From contig CAZQFB010000003.1 of assembly GCA_964592525.1 (NCBI GenBank), forward strand, positions 19,043-83,042: a stretch of 64,000 nt of DNA. Reading direction: 5' to 3'. This DNA is from an uncultured Candidatus Saccharibacteria bacterium. Its GTDB lineage: Bacteria; Patescibacteriota; WWE3; CAZQFB01. The notes under the pieces were generated by a model. That model did no database searches, had not been told where the DNA came from, and worked only from the letters and a program-made list of their open reading frames with translations. The first letter of the stretch is position 1, and every line of letters starts with the position of its first letter. Shown in pieces: positions 18,634-27,819 of the stretch. The position numbers and the translations under genes are program-made.

Positions 18634-18691
18634 CCAATTAGGCTATTTTAACAAAATATAGCCTCTCTACCCAAATCATGAGTGCTATACT

Positions 18692-19378
18692 TTGACTATT
18701 GCCATGAACAAAAAAGTAAAGCCCCTAGCCCCACAATTTAATTATACTAATCCTTTTAATATTGAGGCGACAGTTAATTTAACTAGTATTTTACTAACCC
18801 TGCTGTTATTGATCATAGCTTTTTGTGGTGGTTGGTTAACAGCTTACTTCATTAAGCTAAACGACACCAAGATACCAGCATATCTTCAGCTACAAAATCA
18901 TAACAACACTTCTCTCACCGAGGCTGTGAAAACAGAAATACCTGGACAGATACCTGGTGCTTGGGTGCGTTATGTCAACAAAGAGCATCACTTCTCGCTA
19001 CTTTTCCCTCCAACTACTAGTGATGTTCGCCTGCTTAATTACCCCCCAGTGCTAACTGATTACACCAAAAATCAGGTGCCTAATGTTATGCTTCGGGTGC
19101 AACTTAAACTAGTTCCCGAAAACTTTAACAAAGAGCAAGAGCTTAAACATAAATTATTGCTCACTTCAGAAAACCAAACCATCGCCTCACGAGAGGCTTA
19201 TAAATATGAATACTTAGTAACGGAAGGATTCCACGAAGTACATTTCCTCGTGCCAATTACGTCATCGGATTACCTGATTATGTCTTATCTTTATCACCCC
19301 GTGAAGACAACCGAAGCAGAAAAAAGTGAACTATCAACTATTATTAACACTTTACAGTTTGAGCACCAGACCCTCTAA
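18692..19378 (+). CDS. hypothetical membrane-anchored extracytoplasmic protein (228 aa)
   Basis: Single N-terminal TM (ILLTLLLLIIAFCGGWLTAYFI), then a soluble domain without recognisable motifs. Sits immediately upstream of the Fic gene. Confidence 0.4.
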   Translation: MTIAMNKKVKPLAPQFNYTNPFNIEATVNLTSILLTLLLLIIAFCGGWLTAYFIKLNDTKIPAYLQLQNHNNTSLTEAVKTEIPGQIPGAWVRYVNKEHHFSLLFPPTTSDVRLLNYPPVLTDYTKNQVPNVMLRVQLKLVPENFNKEQELKHKLLLTSENQTIASREAYKYEYLVTEGFHEVHFLVPITSSDYLIMSYLYHPVKTTEAEKSELSTIINTLQFEHQTL

Positions 19379-19410
19379 CTTACGCGTAACTTGCGTGATA
19401 TAATCAACTT

Positions 19411-20478
19411 ATGTTTAGACCTAATTACCAAATATCCAATAAAGTACTGAATAATTTAATGCGAATTGCGACCTTAAAAACATTTATTGAGCAGTCAAAT
19501 ATTGTCCCTAAGCAAGAGATAATTCTTAAGCGCAAAGCGGCTATCAGAATGGCAGCCAGCTCTACAGCGATAGAAGGAAATGTTCTTAATGAAAACGAGG
19601 TTGAACGTGTTTTTGAAGGTAAACACACCCACGCCCCAGATAAAGACGCTTTAGAGGTAAAAAACTATAAACGAGGGATTGAGTTTGTCAATAAAATATT
19701 AGTGGATAATCTGAAATTAGATCATCACTTGGTTCTACATATTCATAAAATATTAATGGCGGGTTTGTTGCCTGATGAGAAGTTAGGCAAATATCGCTCT
19801 GGTCCGGTGTATGTGGTTAATTTAGGAGCTACGGCTAAAAACGATAAACTTCTTTACACTGCCCCCAAAGCGGAAGAAGTACGACATCATGTGGGGGATT
19901 TACTTAAATGGGTGGATGAAGCTAAAAGCGAGGAATTATCATTAGTTATCATTGCTGCCTTGTTTCATTACCAATTTGTGACCATCCATCCCTTTACAGA
20001 TGGTAACGGCAGAACAACCCGTCTACTCACTACCTACCTCTTATATCAAGGCGGTTTGGATCTGGATAAGATCTATGCACTAGATTCTTATTATAACCAA
20101 GACCGCTTAGAGTACTATAAACAGTTGGATGTTGGTAAGACCTTTGCCCTTAGGAAAAAAGCTAATTTAACTCCTTGGTTAGAGTACTTTACCACTGGTT
20201 TTGTGTGGGAACTGGAAAGAATAAGAGAACAAATCCATATTCTCAAAGTGCAAACTAAAGATGATCAACACCAGACTATCTACTTGGATCAAGATGAAAT
20301 TAGAATCATTGATTTTTTAGCCAGTATGGGTCGTATAACTAGTACTGACGTGATGGATATCTTAAAGGTTTCTAAAAGATCGGCGCAATTAAAGATCAAA
20401 GAATTACTGGATAACGGCTTGATAGAAAAAAGAAGCCAGGGACCAGCCAGCTATTATGTAATGGTCAACAAGCATTAA
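19411..20478 (+). CDS. Fic-family protein (AMPylase type) with N-terminal inhibitory motif and C-terminal winged-HTH
   Basis: Fic active-site motif HPFTDGNGRTTR. N-terminal inhibitory motif SSTAIEGN (S/TxxxEG/N). C-terminal HTH-like ...DVMDILKVSKRSAQLKIKELLDNGLIEK. Confidence 0.8.
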   Translation: MFRPNYQISNKVLNNLMRIATLKTFIEQSNIVPKQEIILKRKAAIRMAASSTAIEGNVLNENEVERVFEGKHTHAPDKDALEVKNYKRGIEFVNKILVDNLKLDHHLVLHIHKILMAGLLPDEKLGKYRSGPVYVVNLGATAKNDKLLYTAPKAEEVRHHVGDLLKWVDEAKSEELSLVIIAALFHYQFVTIHPFTDGNGRTTRLLTTYLLYQGGLDLDKIYALDSYYNQDRLEYYKQLDVGKTFALRKKANLTPWLEYFTTGFVWELERIREQIHILKVQTKDDQHQTIYLDQDEIRIIDFLASMGRITSTDVMDILKVSKRSAQLKIKELLDNGLIEKRSQGPASYYVMVNKH

Positions 20479-20536
20479 TTTTGACTAAGGGCATTATATC
20501 CTATATTATTAAGCAATCCCAAAAAGGAGCGTTGCC

Positions 20537-20809
20537 GTGCTTAATCTACTCGGGTTGTTCTTCGGACTTGTCCTAGCGCGCATGATTTGGTGGTGGAATG
20601 AGGGTCGAGAAGTCAAACACCCGGTTTGTTGGATGGCAGTTGTGTTTGCTTGTTGTGGGTTTGCTGCTGGTAATGCGGTTAATTGGTGGTTCAACCAGTA
20701 CACTTGGCAGTGGCTAATGGTTTCTTTGGTAGTTGCTCTTTGTTTTTGGTTGGGGCTGTGTGTTTATTATTGGTTAGTTGATTGTAGGCGACCTTTGCTG
20801 CGTAAGTAA
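20537..20809 (+). CDS. hypothetical small membrane protein (90 aa, Trp-rich, 3 TM)
   Basis: ORF with hydrophobic helices, directly followed by an intrinsic terminator. Confidence 0.4.
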   Translation: MLNLLGLFFGLVLARMIWWWNEGREVKHPVCWMAVVFACCGFAAGNAVNWWFNQYTWQWLMVSLVVALCFWLGLCVYYWLVDCRRPLLRK

Positions 20810-20810
20810 A

Positions 20811-20834
20811 CCGGCGAGGCCGCCGGTTTTTTTA
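20811..20834 (+). terminator. rho-independent terminator
   Basis: CCGGCG aggc CGCCGG followed by TTTTTTT. Sits between convergent genes, so it probably acts in both directions. Confidence 0.65.
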
Positions 20835-20842
20835 TTGCTTAT

Positions 20843-21844
20843 TTAATACTTAGTAGCACTGGTTAGGGTTGTTTGACCAAGTTCGGCTGCGACTTCTTTT
20901 GCTAAGCATTCTTTAAAGACTTGTCTAGCTTCTGGGTATTTGGAGTTATCTCCACGCCAAGTTTCTAAAGCAGGTTGTTCAAGAGCGCGCAGGAATGAAA
21001 AAGATATTTGCCAAGGGAGGGGTTCAAGTTGAGCGATAGCATTAAGGTTAGCTGTTGCTTGGTCAGGCGTTTGACCACCCGATAAAAAAACAATGCCCGG
21101 AACATCATTAGGCACTGTTTGTTTTAATACCTGCACCGTTAGTTGCGCAGTTTCTGCGGGGGTGCTGGGTTGACCGTTGCTGGGTAGGATCATATTGGTT
21201 TTTAAAATAATTTGCTCGCGATTAACGCGCAGGAAATCAAGCTCACGAAACAAGCTTAGTAATATTTCAGTAGAAACTTCGCCGCATTTTTCTGCACTAT
21301 GCTGACCATTCATTAATACCTCTGGTTCAAGGATAGGGACTAAACCTGCCTGTTGCACGATTGAAGCATATAAGGCCAACAGGTTTGAATTAACTGCAAT
21401 TGCTTGTGGGGAGGGAATGCCATCGCCAATACTATAAACGCTTCGCCATTTGGTAAAGCTTGCCCCCAAACTTTTAAAAACCCTAACCTTAACGGCTAAT
21501 TGGTCAAGTCCCTCGGTATATTTTTCCTGTGGAAAACCCGGCAAGTTGGTAGTACCAAGATCTACTTTAACCCCGATCAAGATGCCCTTTTGTTTTAATA
21601 TTTCCGTAAAACCTAGCCCGTTACTAGCTGTTTGTTGAATAGTATCTTCGGCTAAGATGATACCGTTAATGTAATTTTCCAAGCCATCAGTGCAGATAAA
21701 TAGTTGACGGTACGCTCGTCGCATTTCTGCCGTTGGGGGTATGCCCAAGCTTGTAAATTTCTTATTTAAGGAGGAAATTCTCTCATCCGAGGCCAAGATC
21801 CCTTTACCGGGATGGACTAATAGTCGGGCAGTATTAGTTTGCAT
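20843..21844 (-). CDS. class I (glycolytic/eukaryotic-type) fructose-bisphosphate aldolase
   Basis: GKGILASDERISSLNKKFTSLGIPPTAEMRRAYRQLF...GIILAEDTI matches the class I FBA N-terminal pattern (GKGILAADES...TAENRR.YR..L....GVILFEET). 333 aa. Confidence 0.8.
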   Translation of the reverse strand: MQTNTARLLVHPGKGILASDERISSLNKKFTSLGIPPTAEMRRAYRQLFICTDGLENYINGIILAEDTIQQTASNGLGFTEILKQKGILIGVKVDLGTTNLPGFPQEKYTEGLDQLAVKVRVFKSLGASFTKWRSVYSIGDGIPSPQAIAVNSNLLALYASIVQQAGLVPILEPEVLMNGQHSAEKCGEVSTEILLSLFRELDFLRVNREQIILKTNMILPSNGQPSTPAETAQLTVQVLKQTVPNDVPGIVFLSGGQTPDQATANLNAIAQLEPLPWQISFSFLRALEQPALETWRGDNSKYPEARQVFKECLAKEVAAELGQTTLTSATKY

Positions 21845-21887
21845 GATACCCTAAGTTTAGCAAAGGTTACTAGCTATAGCGATAGGC

Positions 21888-22232
21888 TTAGTTAAGAAAA
21901 CGGTTAAAAAACCAATTAATTATGGTGAGCAAGATACTAAACAAAAGTGCCCAACCAATTCCTTGCACAGTGAACCCCGGCACCAGCCAAGCAGCGAGTA
22001 AAATTAAGCTAGCATTAATCACCAGAGTGAACAAGCCAAAGCTCATTAAATTAATGGGTAGGGTTAAGATCAGCAGTACTGGTTTTATCAGGGCATTAAC
22101 TACGCCTAAGATAATAGCGGTAATCAGAGCTGCGGTGGAGGAGTCAATAGTAACCCCACTTAATATATAAGCTGCAGTGTAAACCGCTAAACCATTGATT
22201 ATGAGCGTCAAGAACAAATTAGTAACTTTCAT
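21888..22232 (-). CDS. YvlD / phage_holin_4_2 family small membrane protein (paralog 2)
   Basis: ALIKPVLLILTLPINLMSFGLFTLVINASLILLAAWLVPGFTVQG closely follows the YvlD family pattern (IRPILLLLTLPINLLTLGLFTFVINA....LVPGF.V.GF). Confidence 0.6.
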   Translation of the reverse strand: MKVTNLFLTLIINGLAVYTAAYILSGVTIDSSTAALITAIILGVVNALIKPVLLILTLPINLMSFGLFTLVINASLILLAAWLVPGFTVQGIGWALLFSILLTIINWFFNRFLN

Positions 22233-22292
22233 ACCTTCAGTATAACTATTTAGACCCTCATTGCCAAGATTACAGACTGGCTTAGAAAAATA

Positions 22293-22322
22293 TTGACAAC
22301 TAAATATTATCAGCGTATTAAT
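22293..22322 (+). promoter_or_regulatory. sigma70-like promoter candidate (TTGACA -17- TATTAA) upstream of DUF2207 gene
   Basis: TTGACA at 22293-22298. 17-nt spacer. TATTAA(T) at 22316-22322. Followed by a hairpin+T4 (GGCGAT...ATCGCC TTTT) in the leader. Confidence 0.4.
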
Positions 22323-22473
22323 ACTTTTGTACTCGAATAAGGCTCAACCTTATTTGAGTGCACGATCAGGCGATTTCCCTTGTGGTGATCGCCTTTTCGA
22401 TTATTCACCCTCTATATTATTTTTAAAGATGCTATTTATATCTCTCATATTTTGGCTTTTATTTTGTTAATAT

Positions 22474-24237
22474 TTGATTATGAGTCCTTTAAAAACAGCA
22501 CTATTATTGCTCACTTTAGTTTTTTGTTTCCCCTCTCATATATATGCTCAAGAGGATCAATGGGTTATTAACAACTTTGATTCTAAGATTGACATAGAGG
22601 AAACCGGTTCGGTATTTGTGGAGGAGACCATCACCGTAGATTTTAAGGAGTTAGAAAAGCACGGCATTTTTAGAGTACTACCCTATTTATATACAAGTAC
22701 AACAAGTGAAATATATACAAAAGTTGATATTTTATCTGTGATTCAGGATGGTGTTCAAGTGGAGTATGAGCTTTCCAAAGATAACAACAACATCTCAATT
22801 AAAATTGGCTCTCCCTCAAAAACGATAAGTGGTCGGCATAGCTACACTATTAAATACAAGGTTCTCGGTGTTTTGTCTTCGTACCATGATTTTGATGAAT
22901 TATATTGGAATGTTACTGGCAATCAGTGGGAGGTGCCTATTATTAGCTCATCAGCTACCATTGATTTGAGGGCCACGAAAATAGGACAAACCGCTTGTTA
23001 TCAGGGTTATAGTCAAAAAACAGATTTCTGCCAATCTCAAACCTTATCAGATTCCAAAGTCTATTTTAAGGCGAATGGCAGATTGGAACCTTACGAAGGT
23101 CTTACGGTGGCTGTCAATTGGGAGAAAGACAGGATGCCCATTGTAAAAGTGGAAAAACCACTCACAGTTAGTGCTCTATTTTTCCAAAGAAGATCAATGG
23201 CACTAACGGGAATAGGAATTCTTGCTGGGATACTTTACCTAATAATTCATTGGCAAATGTATGGTCGTGATTATTGGTTTGGTCAGAAAGTATTGAGTGA
23301 TAAAAATATTAAAGGGGCGAAAAAGCCAATAGGTGGTCATGAAACAATAGTGGTGGAATATACCCCACCGGATAAACTCACCCCCGCAGAACTTGGCGTA
23401 ACAATTGATGAAACGGCGGATTCAAACGATATCGTTTCAATTATCATAGATCTTGCCAGCAGGGAATATATAAAAATTACCGAAATTGATAAAAAGCTTA
23501 TGAAAGATGATTTTGAACTAGAGAAATTAGATAATGACGAAACTAAGCTACAAAGTTTTGAAAAGGTTCTTTTAAAAGGTATATTTTCTGATGGTGATAA
23601 AGTTAGAGTATCCAATCTTAAACGTAACCTATACCGCCACCTTGATTCTGTTAAATTTTACCTTTATAGGGAACTTACAGATAAAAGAATCTTTTTCTCA
23701 AATCCAGATACCGTACGCACTAAGTATTTTGGCATCGGCTTTATCATAGGTGTGGCTGGGATAATATTAATATTTTCTTTAAAAAATACACCGTATATTT
23801 TTATATTTGATCTTGCTGTGGTAATTACCATATTCGGCATATTAACTATTCTAATATCAAAATTCATGCCAAAAAAGACTGCCTATGGTAGGGATTTATA
23901 TCGCAGAGCTAAAGGTTATGAGCTTTTCCTCAAAACAGCAGAGAAACATAAACAACAATTTTTAGAGGATAAAAACTTAATAAACGAAGTATTACCCTAT
24001 GTTGTGATGTTTGGTCTTACGAAAAGATTTGCTAAGGCAATGAAGGAAACAGGTATTAAACCAAACACCCCTAATTGGTATATATCCAACAAAGCGTTTA
24101 GTGCTGATGCCTTTGCTGACAATATGTCCTCCCTAAGTTCAAATCTTTCCCGAGCAACTGCCCCAAAAAGCAGTGGTAGTGGTGGTGGGGGCTTTAGTGG
24201 TGGTGGTTTTGGTGGGGGTGGGGGCGGAAGCTGGTAG
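22474..24237 (+). CDS. DUF2207-family membrane protein with Gly-rich C-terminal tail
   Basis: Signal peptide, large extracytoplasmic domain, TM helices and C-terminal tail SGSGGGGFSGGGFGGGGGGSW, typical of DUF2207 proteins. Confidence 0.6.
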   Translation: MIMSPLKTALLLLTLVFCFPSHIYAQEDQWVINNFDSKIDIEETGSVFVEETITVDFKELEKHGIFRVLPYLYTSTTSEIYTKVDILSVIQDGVQVEYELSKDNNNISIKIGSPSKTISGRHSYTIKYKVLGVLSSYHDFDELYWNVTGNQWEVPIISSSATIDLRATKIGQTACYQGYSQKTDFCQSQTLSDSKVYFKANGRLEPYEGLTVAVNWEKDRMPIVKVEKPLTVSALFFQRRSMALTGIGILAGILYLIIHWQMYGRDYWFGQKVLSDKNIKGAKKPIGGHETIVVEYTPPDKLTPAELGVTIDETADSNDIVSIIIDLASREYIKITEIDKKLMKDDFELEKLDNDETKLQSFEKVLLKGIFSDGDKVRVSNLKRNLYRHLDSVKFYLYRELTDKRIFFSNPDTVRTKYFGIGFIIGVAGIILIFSLKNTPYIFIFDLAVVITIFGILTILISKFMPKKTAYGRDLYRRAKGYELFLKTAEKHKQQFLEDKNLINEVLPYVVMFGLTKRFAKAMKETGIKPNTPNWYISNKAFSADAFADNMSSLSSNLSRATAPKSSGSGGGGFSGGGFGGGGGGSW

Positions 24238-24284
24238 TAAGGCAGTGCCATGAGTACTCTTTTATTGTTATAATTATCTTGTTT

Positions 24285-24405
24285 CTTTTATCAAGAGTGC
24301 GGTTAGAGATTTGGCTCAATGACCCGCCGGCAACCAATGCTTTAGCATCAGGTGCCTCCGCCAAAAACGATGAGAGCAAGCCTTAGACTAATCCCTTGAT
24401 AAAAG
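24285..24405 (+). promoter_or_regulatory. SAM-I (S-box) riboswitch candidate in metK leader
   Basis: P1 halves CTTTTATCAAG (24285-24295) and CTTGATAAAAG (24395-24405). Core resembles the S-box consensus (UUAUCAAGAG...GAUUUGGCUCAAUGACCCGCCGGCAACC...GGUGCC). Lies immediately 5' of the SAM synthetase gene. Confidence 0.55.
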
Positions 24406-24439
24406 ATTCAGCATAATAGTTAAAGCAAAGGAGGCTTAA

Positions 24440-25396
24440 ATGTCTAAATTAATAGCTGAAGCAGTATCTTTTATGCATCCTGATAAAATCTGCGACCAAT
24501 TTTCTGATCTGTTACTAGATGAGTATTTAAAGCAAGATCCCAGGTCACGTGTGGCCGTAGAATGTGTGGGAGGTCATGGCCACCTTTCATTATTTGGGGA
24601 AGTAACCTCTCAAGCGCAACTGGATGCTGCTGCGGTTGCTCGTAAATATTACCAAGCACTAACCGGGGAGGATATTGAGGTCAATTCATATTTAAGCCAA
24701 CAATCGGCTGATATTGCACAGGGTGTAAATTTGGGTGGTGCTGGTGATCAGGGAATCATGATCGGTTATGCTTGTAGTGAAAACAAACTACTTCTACCCC
24801 AAGAAATGTATCTTGCCAGAAAATTGCTTAAAGGACTTAAGGTTGATGCTAAATCACAGGTGGTGATGAATGGTTCTAAGGTAGAGTCTGTAGTGATTTC
24901 AGTTCAAGGTAAAGAGCAAAAGGAATTAGTTGATTATGTTTTGAATCTTGGCATAAATGTAGATAAAAATCATATCTATGCTAATCAGACGGGCAAGTTT
25001 GAGCTTGGGGGATTTGAAGCCGATAGTGGGTGTACGGGTAGAAAGATTGTAGTAGATGCTTACGGACCACGAGTGCCTGTTGGTGGGGGTGCTTTTTCTG
25101 GTAAAGATCCTTCTAAAGTAGATCGTTCATCTGCCTATATGGCACGTTGGATAGCCATTCAGTTATTGCATGAATATGATGCCAAAGAGACATTAGTCCG
25201 ACTTGGATACGTCATTGGTAAGGCAGAACCTTTAATGAAACAAGCCGTTGTTGATGGCAAAGAAATAAACCTTGCTTATGATTGCCGACCAACTGCAATT
25301 ATAGAAAGATTTGATCTTCTAAGACCCATTTATCTGGATACAGCCAAAAATGGTCACTTCGGGAGGAAAGAGCTGCCTTGGGAAAAATTATCTTAA
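24440..25396 (+). CDS. metK: S-adenosylmethionine synthetase (MetK), shortened 318-aa form
   Basis: MetK motifs present: HPDKICDQ, GAGDQGIMIGYA, DAKSQV, GGFEADSGCTGRKIVVDAYG...GGGAFSGKDPSKVDRSSAY, LRPIY..TAKNGHFGR. The central region is about 65 aa shorter than in E. coli MetK. Confidence 0.8.
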   Translation: MSKLIAEAVSFMHPDKICDQFSDLLLDEYLKQDPRSRVAVECVGGHGHLSLFGEVTSQAQLDAAAVARKYYQALTGEDIEVNSYLSQQSADIAQGVNLGGAGDQGIMIGYACSENKLLLPQEMYLARKLLKGLKVDAKSQVVMNGSKVESVVISVQGKEQKELVDYVLNLGINVDKNHIYANQTGKFELGGFEADSGCTGRKIVVDAYGPRVPVGGGAFSGKDPSKVDRSSAYMARWIAIQLLHEYDAKETLVRLGYVIGKAEPLMKQAVVDGKEINLAYDCRPTAIIERFDLLRPIYLDTAKNGHFGRKELPWEKLS

Positions 25397-25911
25397 GAGA
25401 GTATGACAGAAGCAGCGAAGAAGAACACGATGATACTTAAAGTGTCTTGAATAATGGTGGCAATTGGTCCGCTCGCTTCCGCTGGATCTTGGTGGAAACG
25501 CCAAAAGTAATAAGGGATGATAGTACCCGAGAGCAGTGAGCTTAATATACCACCTAATACCCCCACAGACACCGCTAAACCTACTTTAGCTGAATTGTGG
25601 ATCAAAGTAATAGTGGGTAGGGCGATGATGAAAATAGTAAAACCTACTAAGATGGTTAGTAAGAACTGTTTAACTAAAAAAGACTGAAAGATAAATTTCT
25701 TGTCGGTGCTAATAGCTCTGATAATGACACTTTCCATTTGTGTCCCCACCGCATCTGAAATGTACACAATCATGGGGATATACGCTGCTAAAAAAAGATA
25801 TTGGCTGATGAGCTTTTCGTAATAACCAATTATGCGAGCAATAAAAAAACTGCCCCCCAAACCCAAAAGTAGCCAAAACACTCGTAAGCGATATTCTTGT
25901 AGGAGGGACAT
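25393..25911 (-). CDS. MgtE-like divalent-cation transporter, membrane domain only
   Basis: 5 TM. YIPMIVYISDAVGTQMESVIIRAI and C-terminal DPAEASGPIATIIQDTLSIIVFFF parallel the MgtE TM-domain motifs (PML.GTGGN.GSQ...IRGL ; DPA..SSP.ITT..D..GL.IYF). No CBS or N-terminal domain. Confidence 0.5.
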   Translation of the reverse strand: MSLLQEYRLRVFWLLLGLGGSFFIARIIGYYEKLISQYLFLAAYIPMIVYISDAVGTQMESVIIRAISTDKKFIFQSFLVKQFLLTILVGFTIFIIALPTITLIHNSAKVGLAVSVGVLGGILSSLLSGTIIPYYFWRFHQDPAEASGPIATIIQDTLSIIVFFFAASVILS

Positions 25912-25985
25912 ACTTTAAGTATGACACTCACCCCATAACTTGGGAAGCATAAGAAAAAGTGAAGAAAATATGATAACTTAATATT

Positions 25986-26312
25986 ATGCAATACCATCTG
26001 GTATCGTTGTTAATTGCTGGTGGGTTTGGTGGTTTAGTGCGGGGAATAGTTGGTTTTCTTAAACACCAGTTTGCTTATAAAGAAGTGTCTTTTAAACCCA
26101 AGTATATAACTGCCATCATGTTACTTTCCGCTTTAGTTGGTTTGGTAGTGACCTGGTCAATTGTGAAAAGCGGTTTGACGATAGCGGGTATGGAGGAGAT
26201 TAACCCAGCCATAGCTTTTATTGTGGGTTACGCTGGGGGTGACTTAATTGAGAACATCTATAAAATAATTGCAGGTAAAACGACTCTTTACCCGCTTAGT
26301 GAGAAAAAATGA
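25986..26312 (+). CDS. hypothetical membrane protein (108 aa, 3 TM)
   Basis: ORF with hydrophobic helices. Stop overlaps the start of the next gene (ATGA coupling). Confidence 0.4.
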   Translation: MQYHLVSLLIAGGFGGLVRGIVGFLKHQFAYKEVSFKPKYITAIMLLSALVGLVVTWSIVKSGLTIAGMEEINPAIAFIVGYAGGDLIENIYKIIAGKTTLYPLSEKK

Positions 26313-26899
26313 AAAAAATACTTGTTTTGCTAATTATTATTCTGGCGGGAGTGTGGTTTTTGTTTTTACGTCCCCAGGATACGGGTGACTTAATTGTAGA
26401 AACCAAGATCCCGGAAAAAGAATCCCCAGCCGTTAAAGATGACTCAGTCAATCTAGCCAACCCAGCTTCCGTGTTTTGCGAGGAGGAGGGAGGGGAACTG
26501 GAACTAGTAACACTTTCCTCTGGAAATCAGCTGGGAATTTGTCAATTTGGTGATTATGCTTGTGAAGAATGGTCTCTTTACAGGGGTGAATGCACTATAG
26601 AAGAGGATCAAGTTGCGATCAAGCAAGCCTTAGTAGCCAAAGGCTTGGATTTATCAATGTCGGAGGTTATTATTCATAACCATTTAGGCAGGGATATTGG
26701 TGGGGGTGTGGTAGCAACCTCCGGAGAAGCTGGTGGTGGTTATGTTTTTGCCCACAAGTCTGATGGTGGCATTATTTCTATAGTGGCTGATGGTAACGGT
26801 TCAATTATGTGCAGTGCCTTGGCAGAATACCCCGATTTTTCCACTTATCTTATACCGGAATGTATTGATGATGCGACTAGCCAGCCCGTTAAGCGTTAA
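26309..26899 (+). CDS. DUF333 (putative hemolysin-like) domain lipoprotein/exported protein
   Basis: Signal/TM, then the DUF333 Cys pattern (ANPASVFCEEEGGELELVT..GNQLGICQFGDYACEEWSLYRGEC). Confidence 0.6.
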   Translation: MKKILVLLIIILAGVWFLFLRPQDTGDLIVETKIPEKESPAVKDDSVNLANPASVFCEEEGGELELVTLSSGNQLGICQFGDYACEEWSLYRGECTIEEDQVAIKQALVAKGLDLSMSEVIIHNHLGRDIGGGVVATSGEAGGGYVFAHKSDGGIISIVADGNGSIMCSALAEYPDFSTYLIPECIDDATSQPVKR

Positions 26900-27169
26900 T
26901 TTGGTCTTCTAATATTATTTTGTTAATTTCACACATGGCATATCAAGCGTTGGGCTTGATAACTTCATGTCTTATTGTGTAAGAATAAAATAGTGACTAA
27001 CAACTTACATTTATTTTCGTAATTGGTGGTGTATAAATGGGTGGTAAAATTGTTATGCTTTTTTGATTATTACAACCAGCCGTTAGCTTAAATTTATACT
27101 AAAACGTTCCAAAATTCACTTAATAGCCACATTAATATGTTGTATAACTAGTGTATTTAATAATGGTAA

Positions 27170-27792
27170 ATGAGTCATAAATATTTAGCGATTACGGGTA
27201 CCATGGGAGCCGGAAAGACTACTGTTGGCTTGTTGTTGGCAAGTCATTTCAAGATACCATTTTTTGAAGAGCGCTTTTTAAATAATCCCTTTTTAGAGCT
27301 TTTCTATCAAGATATGAATAGGTGGTCCTTTCACTCGCAACTATTCTTTTTAAAAGAAAAAGGTAAACAATTATCAATCTTAAGAGACCAGTTAGCTAAA
27401 ACCCATGTTTTGGTAGATGCGCCTTTAGAACAAACTATGTTTTGCTACAGTAGCGCTCAACATAAGTTGGGTTACCTGAATAAACAAGAATGGTTATTAT
27501 TAAGGGAATATTACGATTTGTTAGCTAAATATTTACCCAAACCAGATGTGATTATTTACATTGACACACCCCTTGAAATTATTTTGGAGCGCATTAATTC
27601 AGAGCGCGATCCTTTGAGCAAGCTGTTAGCCACGAATATTTGACTTTGTTACATCAGTTAACTGGTGACTGGTTAGCTAAATGTGGGATTCCTCTGATTA
27701 GATTAGATAATGCTACTTTAAGTATTAATGATGAGCAAGAACAGGTGGCATTAGTAGAAAAGATTAAAAGCCAGCTTCCCTTTAGCATTTAG
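27170..27792 (+). pseudogene. deoxynucleoside kinase (dNK family), interrupted by a -1 frameshift near 27599-27601
   Basis: Frame 1 (27170-27643) gives P-loop AITGTMGAGKTT and dNK-like FFEE..NPFLELFY. A second frame (27601-27792) continues with RARSFEQAVSHEYLTLLHQLTGDW...PLIRLDNATL, matching the dNK C-terminus (RGRSFEQ.IS.DYL..LH.LYE.W). The joined length, about 207 aa, is typical. Confidence 0.6.
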
Positions 27793-27819
27793 AGGTAAAA
27801 TGTTAAAATAGCGTTACTT

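Noticed and set aside
23337-24379. Several short minus-strand ORFs (92, 67, 84, 61 aa) inside and just after the DUF2207 gene
   Set aside because: They are antisense to a well-supported long CDS or to the SAM-riboswitch leader. The PPPP-rich one simply mirrors the GGGG tail codons.
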